A stretch of 64,000 bases of DNA from the human T2T-CHM13v2.0 reference genome, Homo sapiens: the NCBI RefSeq assembly GCF_009914755.1, contig NC_060933.1; one strand, written 5' to 3'. How positions within the stretch are numbered: position 1 is the first letter of the stretch; every line of letters begins with the position of its first letter. Positions 61,201-64,000 of the stretch are shown piece after piece. Below the pieces are notes generated by a model. The model made no database searches. It saw nothing but the letters and a program-made list of their open reading frames with translations, and was not told the origin of the DNA. A program made the position numbers and the translations under genes.

Positions 61201-61630
61201 AGCTGGGAGCAGTAGTAGCTCATGCCTGTAATGGCAGTGCATTACAGGCCTGTGTGGCTTGTTGCAAATTGTGTGCAATTAGCCCTCAGACAGTCTGAAT
61301 CGAGAGAACTGTGGCAAAACTTAATGGTGCAGCACATCGGCAGGCAGCCAGACTCTTAAACTCTTGGCCTTTGGGATGATAACTTGAGCCCAGGAGTTTG
61401 ACACCAGCCTTGGCAATATAGGGAGACCTCATCTCTACCAAAAAAATTTTAAAAAGAAACACCAGGCATGGTGGCACATGCCTTTAGTCCCAGCTACTTG
61501 GGGGCTGAGGCAGGAGGATCATTTGAGCTCAGGAGTCCAAGGCTGCAGCAAGCCAAGATTGCAACACTGCACTCCAGCCTGGATGACAGAGCAATACCCT
61601 GTCTCTAAAAAATACAAATTAAATAACTAA
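61201..61630 (+). mobile_element. AluJ, disrupted by a 113-bp templated insertion
   Basis: Alu 5' end to ~61240, foreign sequence 61249-61361, Alu resumes ACTTGAGCCCAGGAG. Confidence 0.88.
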
Positions 61631-61659
61631 ATATTTGCATCCTACATTCATTACCACAA

Positions 61660-61820
61660 ATCACTCCAACAACCCTACTCGTTCTGTATTATTATTCTCA
61701 TTTTACATATGGGAAACTGGAGCTCTTACTCAGAAGGGTTAAGAAACTTACCCAGTATCACATACAACTAAGTCCAAGAGCCAGAATTGAAAGTCAGATT
61801 CATCTGATTCCAAAGCTTAT
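61660..61820 (-). mobile_element. MIR
   Basis: CTCATTTTACATATGGGAAACTG...GTTAAGAAACTTACCCA. Confidence 0.7.
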
Positions 61821-62596
61821 GCTCTGCCTGTTAATGCTTTCTCAGCTCAGGTGCCTGTTTCCTGAAAATGTATTCTCATCCTTTTTTGGGTGCTAGGTAG
61901 TATCTAATCTAAGATTTTTAGGCAAGTAACATGCCATTCTGTGCTGTGGTCTCACTTGGTAGATCCTGCATAATGAGGATAACAAATAGAAAGATTAATT
62001 AATTGGTTATGTAGCTTACACTCAATACCAAGACAATAATAATTTCAGATTATTCAGAATACATTTAATGGTACTTTACTGTATAAATGCCTGATTATTC
62101 ATTTAGGGCTGTATATTCTCCCAAATTCTTTTATATGTATAATTTGGTTTAAATATTAAATTGTTGGAAGCTTAAGTAGCATTATTTTCATTGTTCAATC
62201 TTAATATCCATTGTTTTAAATATGTTGTTTTAGAAAGCATATTTTGCTTACTTTTCCTCAAAACTTTCTGTTCATTGTTACTCTTCCCAAAAGAACAAAG
62301 ATCTCCACAGCTAACACCAAACATCATATACCATATTTGTTTTTGTGGGTATTCTGTAATTATTTTCAAGCTCCTAGGCACATTTGCGTACACTACTTTT
62401 GTTTCTGCAATGACAAATTTCTAAAATGTTAGCAGCAATGACTGTAAAAAAGGGTAGTTAATTGGAAAAGAGTTCAGATCCTAACTCTGTTTAGGGACCA
62501 TGTAACCCAGGCAAGCCGCTGCACCTCCCTGGGCCTCATCCTGGAAGTAGAGATGTTGGGCAGACACATGGGGAGGGATTGCGTGTATGAGTGTAA

Positions 62597-63163
<567 letters not shown>

Positions 63164-63339
63164 TAACCTCTGGGCAGGACATCCCCAGGATGGAGGTGCT
63201 CTGGCCCATGCCTGCACTATACCAGCATGTGCCCTGGGACATTGCAGATGGCTCCCCAGGCCTCCACGGGCCTGCACTCACAGTCTCTTCACCAGAGAGC
63301 TCGAAATCTCAGAACCCAACTCTCTCATGTCATCAAGCC

Positions 63340-64000
63340 AGAGACATGAGTCTGCTTTTCTGTCTCCTTAGATTTGTCTGTTCTTAGACATTTTGCATAA
63401 ATGAAATTATGTAATATGTGGTCCTCTATGACTGGCGTCTTTCACTTGGCATAATGTTTTCAAGGTTTCCTCATGTTGTTGCATATATCAGAGCTTTATT
63501 CTTTTTATTACTGCATAATATTCCATTTTATGAATTATTTGTCCATTCATCAGTTGGTGGACGTTTGAGTTGTTTCCACTTTCTGGCTACTATGAATAAT
63601 GCTACTGCAAACATTCATATACAAGTTTGTGTGTGGACAAGTTTTCATTTTTCTTGGATATGTATGTGGGAGTGGAATTGGTGTATCATATTGCTTTGAG
63701 GACAGACCAAACAGTTTTCTGAAGTAGCTGTACCGTTTTATCAAATACATTCCCATCAGCAGTGTATGAGGGCTTCAGTTGCTCTACCTCCTCTCCAACA
63801 AGTTTAATTTTTCTGATTTTCTATGATAACTATCCCAGTAGTTGTGAAAGTGGTATCTCACTATAGTTTTGATTTGCATTTTCCTTATGACTAAGGACAT
63901 TAAGCATCTTTTTATATGCTTATTGACCATTCATGTCTTCTTTGGAGAACTCTCCAGATTCTTTGCTCATTTTTAAATTTGGTTATTTGCCTTTTTATTG
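63340..64000 (-). mobile_element. L1MB/MC fragment, runs off window end
   Basis: Antisense ORF2 C-terminus/3'UTR (TTTGATTTGCATTTTCCTTATGACT; CATTCCCATCAGCAGTGTATGAG). Confidence 0.85.

Overview
Human (primate) intronic DNA from the 3' part of PIP5K1B (phosphatidylinositol-4-phosphate 5-kinase type 1 beta), + strand. Three coding exons are visible (848-932, 12441-12596, 18199-18343). They splice in frame to [46 protein letters not shown]...DEE-ALGSRHRPD...TLYSN, the end of the kinase domain and most of the C-terminal tail. The next known coding exon is not in the window, so 18344-64000 is one long intron. The rest is mostly transposon-derived: about 28 Alus including a human-specific AluYb8, L1PA/L1M/HAL1 fragments, L2, MIR, MaLR and ERV1 solo LTRs, and hAT DNA transposons. 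Nearly all ORF-track entries are repeat-derived or chance ORFs. I found no convincing new multi-gene system. The most notable signals are (i) a U6 snRNA retrocopy fused to ~100 nt of a non-L1, non-Alu RNA, (ii) a 113-bp locally templated insertion with fold-back junctions inside an AluJ, (iii) a CpG-rich antisense MER57-like LTR, (iv) candidate alternative C-terminal/poison exons and a read-through stop for PIP5K1B, and (v) a Thr codon where I recall Ala415. Repeat subfamily names come from recalled consensus sequences, and boundaries of old repeats are approximate.
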